From positions 1 through 64,000 of the IMG/VR virus record IMGVR_UViG_3300028800_000003: a stretch of DNA of 64,000 nucleotides; one strand, given 5' to 3'. The DNA comes from a virus. Of this stretch, positions 39,287-46,996 are shown piece after piece. Within the stretch, counting starts at the first letter, position 1. Every line of letters starts with the position of its first letter. The notes beneath the pieces are model-generated. The model searched no databases. It had not been told where the DNA came from and saw only the letters and a list, made by a program, of their open reading frames with translations. A program made the position numbers and the translations under genes.

Positions 39287-39645
39287 GAACGATCATCCTC
39301 GGCAATAACGGCCGCTACGAAACGCAAGTGTCTGACGAGGACTATGCGTACCTCGTCCAGTGGCGATGGCAATACAAGCTGTCATCTAAAAGGTATCAAG
39401 GCAGCGCCGACAAGGGCGTCTACGCAAAGCGCACGACGACGGTCAACGGCCGCAAGATCACGTTGCTGATGTCGCATGTGATCCTGGAGCGCATGGGCAA
39501 GCCGCGCCCAGGACCCGATTACGATGCCGACCACGGCGACGATCATTCGCTCAACAATCAGCGCCACAATCTCGGCTGGGTTCACAAGACGCCCAACAGA
39601 GGCAAGGCCTCCAACCGCTCCTGCTACTACGCGGAGGCGGCATGA
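39283..39645 (+). CDS. HNH endonuclease
   Basis: VSDEDY..L.QWRW...YA.R...MSH.I...DH.D..SLNNQRHNL. Confidence 0.85.
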   Translation: MRTIILGNNGRYETQVSDEDYAYLVQWRWQYKLSSKRYQGSADKGVYAKRTTTVNGRKITLLMSHVILERMGKPRPGPDYDADHGDDHSLNNQRHNLGWVHKTPNRGKASNRSCYYAEAA

Positions 39646-39817
39646 CGATCGTGAACCCACTCGACATACAATGCGCTCACCGAGCACACATCAACGATAG
39701 TGTCCAGTGCGACGGAAAAATCTATCAGATCGTAGGAGTTCTACAATACCCAGACTTTCTGGCCGTCGAATGGCCATGGTGGAGATATGCGTTTCGGTTC
39801 TTGCGAAAGGTTCTCCG

Positions 39818-40357
39818 GTGATTCTGAAACCTGGAACCTTCAACGTCAATGAGTACCGCAAGGCAATTCCTGTGTGGGTGAAGCTGCAAGCGTTGATCAA
39901 TTCAATCATTCAGCGCGGCGAACTGCCGCTGAATGATGGCAAGCCGCTCGATGCCCGCGATCTGCAATTCGATCACTGCCCAGCCCTGGTTGATCGGCCA
40001 TACGATACCGTGGCTGGCGATTTCATTCCACAGCAGAACGACCCCGAATTCATCGTCCCGTTGCGCAAGCGCACGCATCTGCAAAAGACAACAGGCCGCA
40101 AGGAGGATGCCGAGCGGACAGTGACGACGCGCGGCAGCGATGTCGGCGAAGCGGCGCGCACGCGGCACATTCAGGACAGCGAGACCATCCACCAGGCGAA
40201 GATGTTGCACCGCGTGGACCCGGATGCGGCACGGCGTCTGCTCGGCAGCGTGCGGCAGAAGACCCGCCTGCGGCCGAAACGCAAGATCGCCAGCCGCGGC
40301 TTCGGCAATCAACATCGTCCCATGCAATCGAGGAAGCGCAACCGTGGCCGGAGTTAG
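39818..40357 (+). CDS. HNH-like protein
   Basis: QFDHCPAL...NDP.FI.PL...H.QKT; GTGA-coupled start. Confidence 0.7.
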   Translation: MILKPGTFNVNEYRKAIPVWVKLQALINSIIQRGELPLNDGKPLDARDLQFDHCPALVDRPYDTVAGDFIPQQNDPEFIVPLRKRTHLQKTTGRKEDAERTVTTRGSDVGEAARTRHIQDSETIHQAKMLHRVDPDAARRLLGSVRQKTRLRPKRKIASRGFGNQHRPMQSRKRNRGRS

Positions 40358-40580
40358 GAACAATCCATGTGTCGAGGCGATCGTTAAGACGCTGCTCGAT
40401 GCCGGCATAAGGCCCGAGGCGCCAGAGGTCACGAAGGGCTGCCACGTCAGGGTGCGCTGGCAGGCGAACGGCAACAAGCGCCAGTATCACACAGGGGCCT
40501 CGCCATCCGACTGGCGAGCCCCGAGGAAGGCGGCATCAGACGTGCGCCGCATGTTGCGCGAAGACGGCTTAGCTCTATAA
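40344..40580 (+). CDS. HicA-fold-like small protein (SPSDWR motif)
   Basis: KGCHVRVRW...GASPSDWRA......VRR. Confidence 0.6.
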   Translation: MAGVRNNPCVEAIVKTLLDAGIRPEAPEVTKGCHVRVRWQANGNKRQYHTGASPSDWRAPRKAASDVRRMLREDGLAL

Positions 40581-40581
40581 A

Positions 40582-40640
40582 AATAACCGGTTATATCTCT
40601 TGACAACCCGCATGTATAACCGCATCTGAGAACCGCGGCA
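40582..40640 (+). promoter_or_regulatory. Promoter of the Tas-like operon with multiple AACCGC/ACCCGC motifs
   Basis: ATAACCGGTTAT palindrome, then TTGACA (40600)-N17-CATCTG. Confidence 0.6.
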
Positions 40641-40662
40641 ATAAACATCGGAGTCAGCCAAG

Positions 40663-41196
40663 ATGAGCCTCACAGAAAATACCGAGCCACGTCGTCGTCG
40701 CCAAAGCCGCCGACGTAACCCAGAGACGCTTGGGGAGTTGCTGGTTTCGCTTCATCAACAATATCCGCGAGCGACCGAGACCGAACTAAAATCCATGCTC
40801 CGCGAGAATGGCAAGGAACGTCCGCAACTGGTCGACGAAGCCTTGGATTTCTGGTCGTCGCTCAATTACCGCAAGCTGATCGTCGCTCCCAATCCTGCCG
40901 GTCAGACATCGCGACCGCAACCGCGAGAGAACATCGAGGGCAGCGCCCAGGCTGCGCGCGTCACCATCCAAACGATTTTCGATACTTTCATGATCGGCGG
41001 CAAGCCGGTCGGCGAATACACGACGCAAGAAGCCATCGGCGTCGGACGCACAAACATCCGCCATGGCTACATTCTTCTGCGCATGGCGCGCGTCGTCGCC
41101 AACCCCGATCCGAATGCCAAGCTGCGCAACATCGTGAAGCTCAACGAAGCGCAGCGCATCATCAAACAAGCGATCGAGGAATCGAATGTCGCGTAA
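40663..41196 (+). CDS. Hypothetical protein, putative partner of the Tas-like gene
   Basis: GGAG RBS; overlaps the start of the Nop-domain gene by 11 nt. Confidence 0.8.
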   Translation: MSLTENTEPRRRRQSRRRNPETLGELLVSLHQQYPRATETELKSMLRENGKERPQLVDEALDFWSSLNYRKLIVAPNPAGQTSRPQPRENIEGSAQAARVTIQTIFDTFMIGGKPVGEYTTQEAIGVGRTNIRHGYILLRMARVVANPDPNAKLRNIVKLNEAQRIIKQAIEESNVA

Positions 41197-42394
41197 GCCA
41201 ACGAAATTGCGAGCGTGCGGTCACCCTGTGTCTTCCCGAAAGAGGCCAAAATCGTCGTCCCGCGCGCTCGCATCCAAAACCGCCTCCGATGACCATTTCA
41301 GGATTGCCCGAAAGGCCGACAACACCCTGTCTTCGGGGGCGGCCACCATTGCAGATGTCGATGATCATGGTTTTATTGTCGCATGCGACCAATCCCAATG
41401 TATCTCAACATCTGCATCCAATTCCGCAGACGATGATCGGTCAATCCGTGCCAATCATGGCCAGCCACAATTTATCTCGTCTGCGGACCTCAAGAAGCGC
41501 ATTGGCGTCATTCATGCGCATTGGCGCAATGCGGTGTTCGCTCGCAAGCAACGCATCCGCATCGGCAACACACTGAGTGCTTTCCTGCGAACTCAACTCG
41601 GCTGGTCGCTCGATAAGAGCGAGAAAGAACGCGAGAAGATCGCGAAACAAGCCGCAAAAATGATCGCCGATGGCGGTGGCGAATGGGCAGAATTTGTTGT
41701 CTCGACAGAGATTTCCATGGCTCCTTGGCAGGACATCGAGTCTCGCCATATCAAGGCGATGGAGAAAATAGCCATCGAATTTCCGGTCTGGTGCGATTTC
41801 GGCAAGCCGGTTCGAGGATTCGGATTGGCATCCTTTGCCAAGATTGTCGCTATGGCCGGCGATCTGTCGCAGTATCCGACGGTCGGCCACTTGCAGAAAC
41901 GTCTTGGAATATCCGTTGTTGACGGTGTCCGTCAGGGCAACCCAGGGAAAGGCGCGACCGCCGACGATTGGATTCGCCATGGCTACAAGCGAACCAACCG
42001 CGCGGAAATCTGGCAGATCGGGGCATCGTTGATAAAGGCTCAGGTCCGCGCTCAGAAGGACGCTGACGGCAAGAAATGCGGCGACAGTCTCGCCGTCGGC
42101 CGTTATGGCGCGATCTATCTGGGTCGCAAGAAACATGAACTGGCGCGGGGCCTCACCCTAAAGCACGCCGACAATCGCGCCAAGCGATACATGGAGAAGT
42201 GTCTGATTCGTGATCTATGGGCGGCATGGCGTCAAGTCATGTCGCTCGGCGCCTTGGTTGATCAGAATGCCAGTGTCGAACAGACCAGTGTTAATTTATC
42301 ACCCAAGGCGCACCCTATTACAGATTTCTATGATCATGGAGAGCGCATCCGAAAGGATCATGGATTACTGTGCGCGTCATACCCCAACGGCTAG
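41186..42394 (+). CDS. IS110/Nop-domain RNA-binding protein without a RuvC or HNH domain (TasA-like)
   Basis: Coiled coil followed by VRGFGLASFAKIVAMAGDLSQYPTVGHLQKRLG, GY....RAEIWQIGASLIK and HADNRAKRYMEK.LIRDLW; no DEDD N-terminal domain; GAGGA RBS. Confidence 0.8.
   Translation: MSRKPTKLRACGHPVSSRKRPKSSSRALASKTASDDHFRIARKADNTLSSGAATIADVDDHGFIVACDQSQCISTSASNSADDDRSIRANHGQPQFISSADLKKRIGVIHAHWRNAVFARKQRIRIGNTLSAFLRTQLGWSLDKSEKEREKIAKQAAKMIADGGGEWAEFVVSTEISMAPWQDIESRHIKAMEKIAIEFPVWCDFGKPVRGFGLASFAKIVAMAGDLSQYPTVGHLQKRLGISVVDGVRQGNPGKGATADDWIRHGYKRTNRAEIWQIGASLIKAQVRAQKDADGKKCGDSLAVGRYGAIYLGRKKHELARGLTLKHADNRAKRYMEKCLIRDLWAAWRQVMSLGALVDQNASVEQTSVNLSPKAHPITDFYDHGERIRKDHGLLCASYPNG
41208..41487 (+). 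ncRNA. TIGR-like stem-loop guide array, four dual-spacer units, inside the 5' part of the Tas-like ORF
   Basis: Units 41208-41272, 41280-41342, 41350-41416 and 41423-41487, each outer stem/YCR-N9-TK/hairpin/CCR-N9-TV/outer stem. Confidence 0.8.
42249..42381 (+). ncRNA. Two further TIGR-like units, one degenerate, inside the 3' part of the Tas-like ORF
   Basis: 42249-42311 fits the unit pattern exactly; 42329-42381 fits partially. Confidence 0.65.
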
Positions 42395-42397
42395 AGG

Positions 42398-42949
42398 TCA
42401 CGACGGCGGTAGCGCCGGTTCGCACACTCGCGAGAAGATATAGCGAAGCGAACGGACCAACGACCTTTCATCAGAATCTGGAATCGGTACTGTCACCAAA
42501 TCCTGATGACATTCCTGATGACCAAAGATGAAATCACAGACTGTGTCAGGATAGAAGCCTTTGACGACGATCCGCATTGGGCGCACTTGAAAGTCCTGCG
42601 TCAGATGGTCGAAGGCAATCGTTGATATTGGGTTGCCCGGTAATTCTCCGTGATACGGCCGCAGCCGATAGGTGCATGGCGTATTCTCGACGTGCTCAAT
42701 GAGCCAGTCGAATTTCTTCTCTGGGCACGAATGAGCATAGCAGCTTGCCACCCCGGTGACTCTTGCGCCGTCGAGCGGCTTTGCAGAGCTTGATGCAGTA
42801 AATGTGTCGAGACGACTGAGCGGCGCATAACTGCGAATGAAGACATTCGCAATCGCTTCAATTCCCGCATCTTCTGAGGGAATTGCCGGCGGCGACCAGC
42901 CGCCCAAGGTTGCGGTGAGTGAAATTATTGCCCATTGCCAGAAGCGCAT
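42398..42949 (-). CDS. Secreted Cys-containing protein (moron-like)
   Basis: Signal-peptide-like N-terminus; opposite strand to its neighbours; lower GC. Confidence 0.65.
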   Translation of the reverse strand: MRFWQWAIISLTATLGGWSPPAIPSEDAGIEAIANVFIRSYAPLSRLDTFTASSSAKPLDGARVTGVASCYAHSCPEKKFDWLIEHVENTPCTYRLRPYHGELPGNPISTIAFDHLTQDFQVRPMRIVVKGFYPDTVCDFIFGHQECHQDLVTVPIPDSDERSLVRSLRYIFSRVCEPALPPS

Positions 42950-43037
42950 GAGTTTCCTGTCTCATTCCGCCCTACCCAGATCATAGTCAGTCAACGGCAA
43001 TCAGCGCAACCGCCTGATCTGCGCGGTTAAATACCCC

Positions 43038-43066
43038 TTGCAAACCGCACGTGACGCGGTTATATA
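43038..43066 (+). promoter_or_regulatory. Promoter with an AACCGC...GCGGTT inverted motif in its spacer
   Basis: TTGCAA-N17-TATATA. Confidence 0.65.
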
Positions 43067-43074
43067 CGGGTGGC

Positions 43075-43300
43075 AGTTAGTGGGGATCGACGAGGCGGGC
43101 GGCTCATTGGAGGCAGTGGCCGCCCGCCAAATCGGTTCCCGAAACGAAAACGCGCCCCAGATCGCTACGGCGGGAGAGCACTCACCGGCTCTAACTCAAA
43201 GCCCGTCGTGCGGTTTGAGACACCCAAAATTGGGCGCGTTTGGCCACCGGACATAAGTCGCCGCGGTTTTGTGGAACCGTCTCGCTTCCGGTGGCCCCCA
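43075..43300 (+). ncRNA. Highly structured non-coding leader or sRNA
   Basis: Stems GGCGGGCGGC/GCCGCCCGCC, AAACGCGCCC/GGGCGCGTTT and GGCCACCGGA/TCCGGTGGCC. Confidence 0.55.
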
Positions 43301-43326
43301 CCAATTCAAAAGGGGCGTGCCGCGCG

Positions 43327-44319
43327 ATGCTGTTTACGGTTATCGATACCGAAACAACCGGGACCAATCCCGAGAACGATGCCCTGATCGACATCGCCGC
43401 CATCGATGTCGAAAATGGCATTGTCAGCGACAAGCCGCGCATTTCTTTCATCAAGCCGCCGATCCCGATCCCGCCAGAAGCGTCGGCCGTGCATCACATT
43501 GTTGATGCCGATGTGGCGCAGGCGCCGCCAGCACGCGAGGCCGTGCCGCTGGTGCTGATACCGGATCGGCCGGCGATCTACGTCGCGCACAAGGCAGACT
43601 TTGAGTACGGCTTCCTGAAAAGCTACTTGCCGGCCGGCTCCACTTGGCTCTGCACCTGGAGGGCGGCTTTGCGCGTCTACCCGAACGCGCCGAATCACAA
43701 ACTCCAGACGCTCCGTTATTTCCTCAACCTGCCAGTCGATCGCGCCATCGCCGACTATGCGCACCGCGCGATGCCGGATGCCTACGTGGCCGCCTATTTG
43801 TTACTCGACCTGCTGACCAAGGCGTCTGTCGAAGACATGCTCGCCTGGACGCGCGAGCCCCCGCGCCTGCCGTTTTGCCCGCTCAATCCGCACCGCGGCA
43901 AGCCCTGGTCTCAGGTGCCCGTCGATTTCCTGATGTGGATCGTCGGCCTGGAGAAACAAAAAGACCGGGACATGGACCCGGACATCATCTGGAACGCGCG
44001 GCTGGAATTGGACCGCCTCGCCATGGCGCAACGCGCGGCGAAGCAAACCGAACGCGACGCCAAAAACGAACTGATCGAAACGGAACGCGAGGCCTACGCC
44101 AAGCTGTTCAAGCAAATTCTCGCCAATCCAGACACCCAGCCGAAGACGGTTGCGGACCTGGAGAACTGGTGGAAGGGCGAGGCCGAGAGCCGCACCAAGT
44201 GGAACATCATCAAAGGCGACCCGCTCTATAGCGAGCTGGCGAAAGCCTGCGCCGACTACAAGAAAACCATCGTTCAACAACAACCGGCAGCGCAGACCAA
44301 TGAGCAAGTCGCAGCATAG
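43327..44319 (+). CDS. Exodeoxyribonuclease X-like DEDDh exonuclease
   Basis: VIDTETTG, VAHKADFE, HRAMPDAY; C-terminal HRGKPWSQVP.DFL.W. Confidence 0.9.
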   Translation: MLFTVIDTETTGTNPENDALIDIAAIDVENGIVSDKPRISFIKPPIPIPPEASAVHHIVDADVAQAPPAREAVPLVLIPDRPAIYVAHKADFEYGFLKSYLPAGSTWLCTWRAALRVYPNAPNHKLQTLRYFLNLPVDRAIADYAHRAMPDAYVAAYLLLDLLTKASVEDMLAWTREPPRLPFCPLNPHRGKPWSQVPVDFLMWIVGLEKQKDRDMDPDIIWNARLELDRLAMAQRAAKQTERDAKNELIETEREAYAKLFKQILANPDTQPKTVADLENWWKGEAESRTKWNIIKGDPLYSELAKACADYKKTIVQQQPAAQTNEQVAA

Positions 44320-44524
44320 CACAGTCGATCAACCACATTTTGTTTGGTGGCGCGGCACTGGCGGAAAGCCGGAACCGCAGAAATGGCAAGGCCTCGACTA
44401 CGGAATCTCCAATTGGAAATTTCCCTACGTCATCGCCGCCTATCCGCTGACGCCTGACGAATCCAAACAGTCGTTGGCTTCGCTGGCGGTTCGCTATCCA
44501 CAACCTGTGAGTGAAAAGCAATGA
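44300..44524 (+). CDS. Hypothetical protein
   Basis: Coupled ORF starting MSKSQHS. Confidence 0.5.
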   Translation: MSKSQHSTVDQPHFVWWRGTGGKPEPQKWQGLDYGISNWKFPYVIAAYPLTPDESKQSLASLAVRYPQPVSEKQ

Positions 44525-44865
44525 ACCCGGTTCGCGATATTTTGCACCAAAGATTCCCGCACTGCTTTGCTGATCGTGGCCAGCCAAAGCGTCCGCTCGC
44601 CATCGGCATCAAGGCTGAGATCGTGAGCCGATGCCCCGATCTGCGCGGCTTCATCGACGCGGCGCTCCGCGATTACACGGGCGGCCCAACTTATCACAAC
44701 GCCTGCTTCATTGGCGCACCGCGCATCAATCTCGATGGCGAGATCGCCGGTCAGGTAACGCCGAAGCACTCCGCGCATCACGCGCGCCGTCTGCACCACC
44801 TGCAACAGAAATGGAAACGCGAGGATGCCAAACGATCTGCCGATCCTGCTTGTCCATCTGTTTGA
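44521..44865 (+). CDS. ProQ/FinO-domain RNA chaperone
   Basis: FPHCF....RPLAIGI...ALRDYT....Y.......RINLDG..AG.VT..H. Confidence 0.88.
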   Translation: MNPVRDILHQRFPHCFADRGQPKRPLAIGIKAEIVSRCPDLRGFIDAALRDYTGGPTYHNACFIGAPRINLDGEIAGQVTPKHSAHHARRLHHLQQKWKREDAKRSADPACPSV

Positions 44866-45007
44866 TGCTGAAACAGGCGAGGTCAAGTGGCGTCCCAAGG
44901 CCGGCGGACGATGGAAGAACGCCAAGAGTGTTTACGACGCCTGCCAACAAGCCGACGCCGTGATGTCTGAACCCCGAGAAATCGAATACGTCGAAAGGAT
45001 GAAATAA
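44825..45007 (+). CDS. Hypothetical protein
   Basis: GAGGA RBS. Confidence 0.45.
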   Translation: MPNDLPILLVHLFDAETGEVKWRPKAGGRWKNAKSVYDACQQADAVMSEPREIEYVERMK

Positions 45008-45013
45008 GCTGCT

Positions 45014-46996
45014 ATGACCACCGTTGTTACGAATAACGATTACACTGGCCAGCCCTGGGACGGTTTGTTGTCCGGTACGCAATGGGCTACCGACAATCTC
45101 ACTTTCAGTTTCCCGACCGATGCCGCCGATTACGATTTCGGGTACATCCAAGGGGCAGGCGCTCCATCGGATAATTTCCAGCCGCTTAGTGCAGCCGAGC
45201 AAACCGCGGTGCTCAATGTCCTGAACGACTATGCCGCGGTCAGCAATCTGACGTTTACTCAGATCACCGAAACCACCGACACGCATGCCAACCTGCGCGA
45301 GGCGCAGTCGTCGGATGCCGGCGCCGCAATGACATTCGCGCCAAACTCGCAGTTCAATGATTATCCGTTGAGCGCGGACTCCTGGTACGAGCCGACTGGT
45401 TTCAGCGACTATGGGGCTTTGGTTTCTGATCCTGTGCTCGGCGGCTACGGCTATCTCGCCTTCACACACGAAATCGGCATTGCGCTCGGGCTCAATGACG
45501 ACGTGCAGGGCAATGACCTGCCGGCGTCCATGGATGCGATGCAGAATTCCGTGGAGTCGTATCGCTCCTATATCGGCGGCCCCACCGATCAGGGTTGGAG
45601 CAACGCAACGTGGGGGTATGCCACGTCGCCGATGCAGGATGACATCGCGGCCATCCAGCAGATGTACGGTGCGAATTTCAGCGGCATCGGAACGTCGGTC
45701 ACGTATTCCTGGAATCAAAACACCGGCGAGGAATCGATCAACGGCGTCGGCCAAGGCGTGCCGGGCGGTAATGCGATCTTCTCCACCGTCTGGGATCAAG
45801 GCGCCACCACGACCTACGACCTATCGAACTATTCGACCAACGAGGTTGTCGATCTGCTGCCGGGAGCGTGGAGCACGTTCGATACGGCGCAGCTCGCCAA
45901 TCTCGGCAACGGCAATGTGGCTCCCGGCAACGTCGCCAACGCCCTTGAATATGATGGCAACACCTCGTCCGACGTGACGCATGTCATCGGCGGCTCTGGC
46001 CATAACCTCATCATCGGCAACAATGCCGGCGATACGATCTACGGCGGCTCGAACGGCGGCAACATCATCGTGGCCGGAGCAGGCAGCAACACGATCGACG
46101 GCGGCGCTGGCGGCGACAACACCTTGGTCCTCCCCGGCAGCTTCATCGATTACCAGATATCCGACTCAAACGGCGTTCTCCAAATCGGCTCGAACCAAGT
46201 CACCGACGTGCAGGACATCCAGTTCGGTGCCGAGACGGTCAGCGCCCATGACATCGTCAATGCAGTCAGCGTGCAAGGCGGGACGATGGATGCCGGCTTC
46301 GGCAACTTCTCCGGCGTCGCTGGCGAGAATGGCGACATGCTGCTGCGCAACGGCGCTGGCGTGCTCACAATCTACGACGTGAGCAACAACACCGTGACCG
46401 GCTCATCCAACGTCGGGCAAATCGGCTTCAACATGCAGGTGCTCGGCTACGGAGATTTCTCCGGCCGCTCCGGCGAGACCGATATGCTGATGCAGGATAC
46501 CGGCAGCGGCGCCATGGAGGTCTACGACTTCACCGACAACACCCTCACTGGCTACGCCTCGATGGGGCAGGTCGGCACAGAGTGGAAAGTCCTCGGCTTC
46601 GGTGACTTCTCCAGCAATCCCGGCGAGACCGATATGCTGATGCAGGATAGCAACAACGGTGCCTTGGAATATTACGACATCGCCGGCAACACGATCACTG
46701 CTGCCGGCGGGATGGGACAAGTCGGCCTGGAATGGTCGCTGGTCGGGTTCAGCCCCGTCAACGGCGGCACGACCGACATGCTCATGACCGATAAGTCCAC
46801 CGGCGCCATGGAGATGTATGGCATCGCCAACAACACCATCGTATCGGCGCAACCGTGGTTCGGTCAGGAGGGCGATCAACTGGTACAGGCGATGGCAGCA
46901 TTTGCCGCGCCAAGCGGCCCGGCCTTGTCCAATCCGACCCACGACCCTGTCATCCAGCAACAGCCGGCGCCATTCGCTGTAGGCAAGGCGATCTGA
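45014..46996 (+). CDS. Serralysin-like (M10B) protein with RTX-like and FG-GAP-like repeats; degenerate Zn site
   Basis: LTFSFP, HEIGIALGLND (canonical HEIGHALGLxH), PMQDDIAAIQQMYG, TVWD.G, GGxGxN repeats, GDFS..SGETDML repeats. Confidence 0.85.
   Translation: MTTVVTNNDYTGQPWDGLLSGTQWATDNLTFSFPTDAADYDFGYIQGAGAPSDNFQPLSAAEQTAVLNVLNDYAAVSNLTFTQITETTDTHANLREAQSSDAGAAMTFAPNSQFNDYPLSADSWYEPTGFSDYGALVSDPVLGGYGYLAFTHEIGIALGLNDDVQGNDLPASMDAMQNSVESYRSYIGGPTDQGWSNATWGYATSPMQDDIAAIQQMYGANFSGIGTSVTYSWNQNTGEESINGVGQGVPGGNAIFSTVWDQGATTTYDLSNYSTNEVVDLLPGAWSTFDTAQLANLGNGNVAPGNVANALEYDGNTSSDVTHVIGGSGHNLIIGNNAGDTIYGGSNGGNIIVAGAGSNTIDGGAGGDNTLVLPGSFIDYQISDSNGVLQIGSNQVTDVQDIQFGAETVSAHDIVNAVSVQGGTMDAGFGNFSGVAGENGDMLLRNGAGVLTIYDVSNNTVTGSSNVGQIGFNMQVLGYGDFSGRSGETDMLMQDTGSGAMEVYDFTDNTLTGYASMGQVGTEWKVLGFGDFSSNPGETDMLMQDSNNGALEYYDIAGNTITAAGGMGQVGLEWSLVGFSPVNGGTTDMLMTDKSTGAMEMYGIANNTIVSAQPWFGQEGDQLVQAMAAFAAPSGPALSNPTHDPVIQQQPAPFAVGKAI

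Noticed and set aside
41208-41487. CRISPR array
   Set aside because: No identical direct repeats, variable segments are only 9 nt, and no cas genes are present in the window.
41186-42394. Autonomous IS110 insertion sequence
   Set aside because: There is no N-terminal DEDD RuvC domain and no evident catalytic Ser loop. The gene is coupled into a phage operon and has multi-unit hairpin arrays rather than IS ends.
46440-46660. Direct repeat CCGGCGAGACCGATATGCTGATGCAGGATA considered as a DGR template/variable pair
   Set aside because: It is an in-frame protein repeat, shows no adenine-specific variation, and no reverse transcriptase is present in the window.
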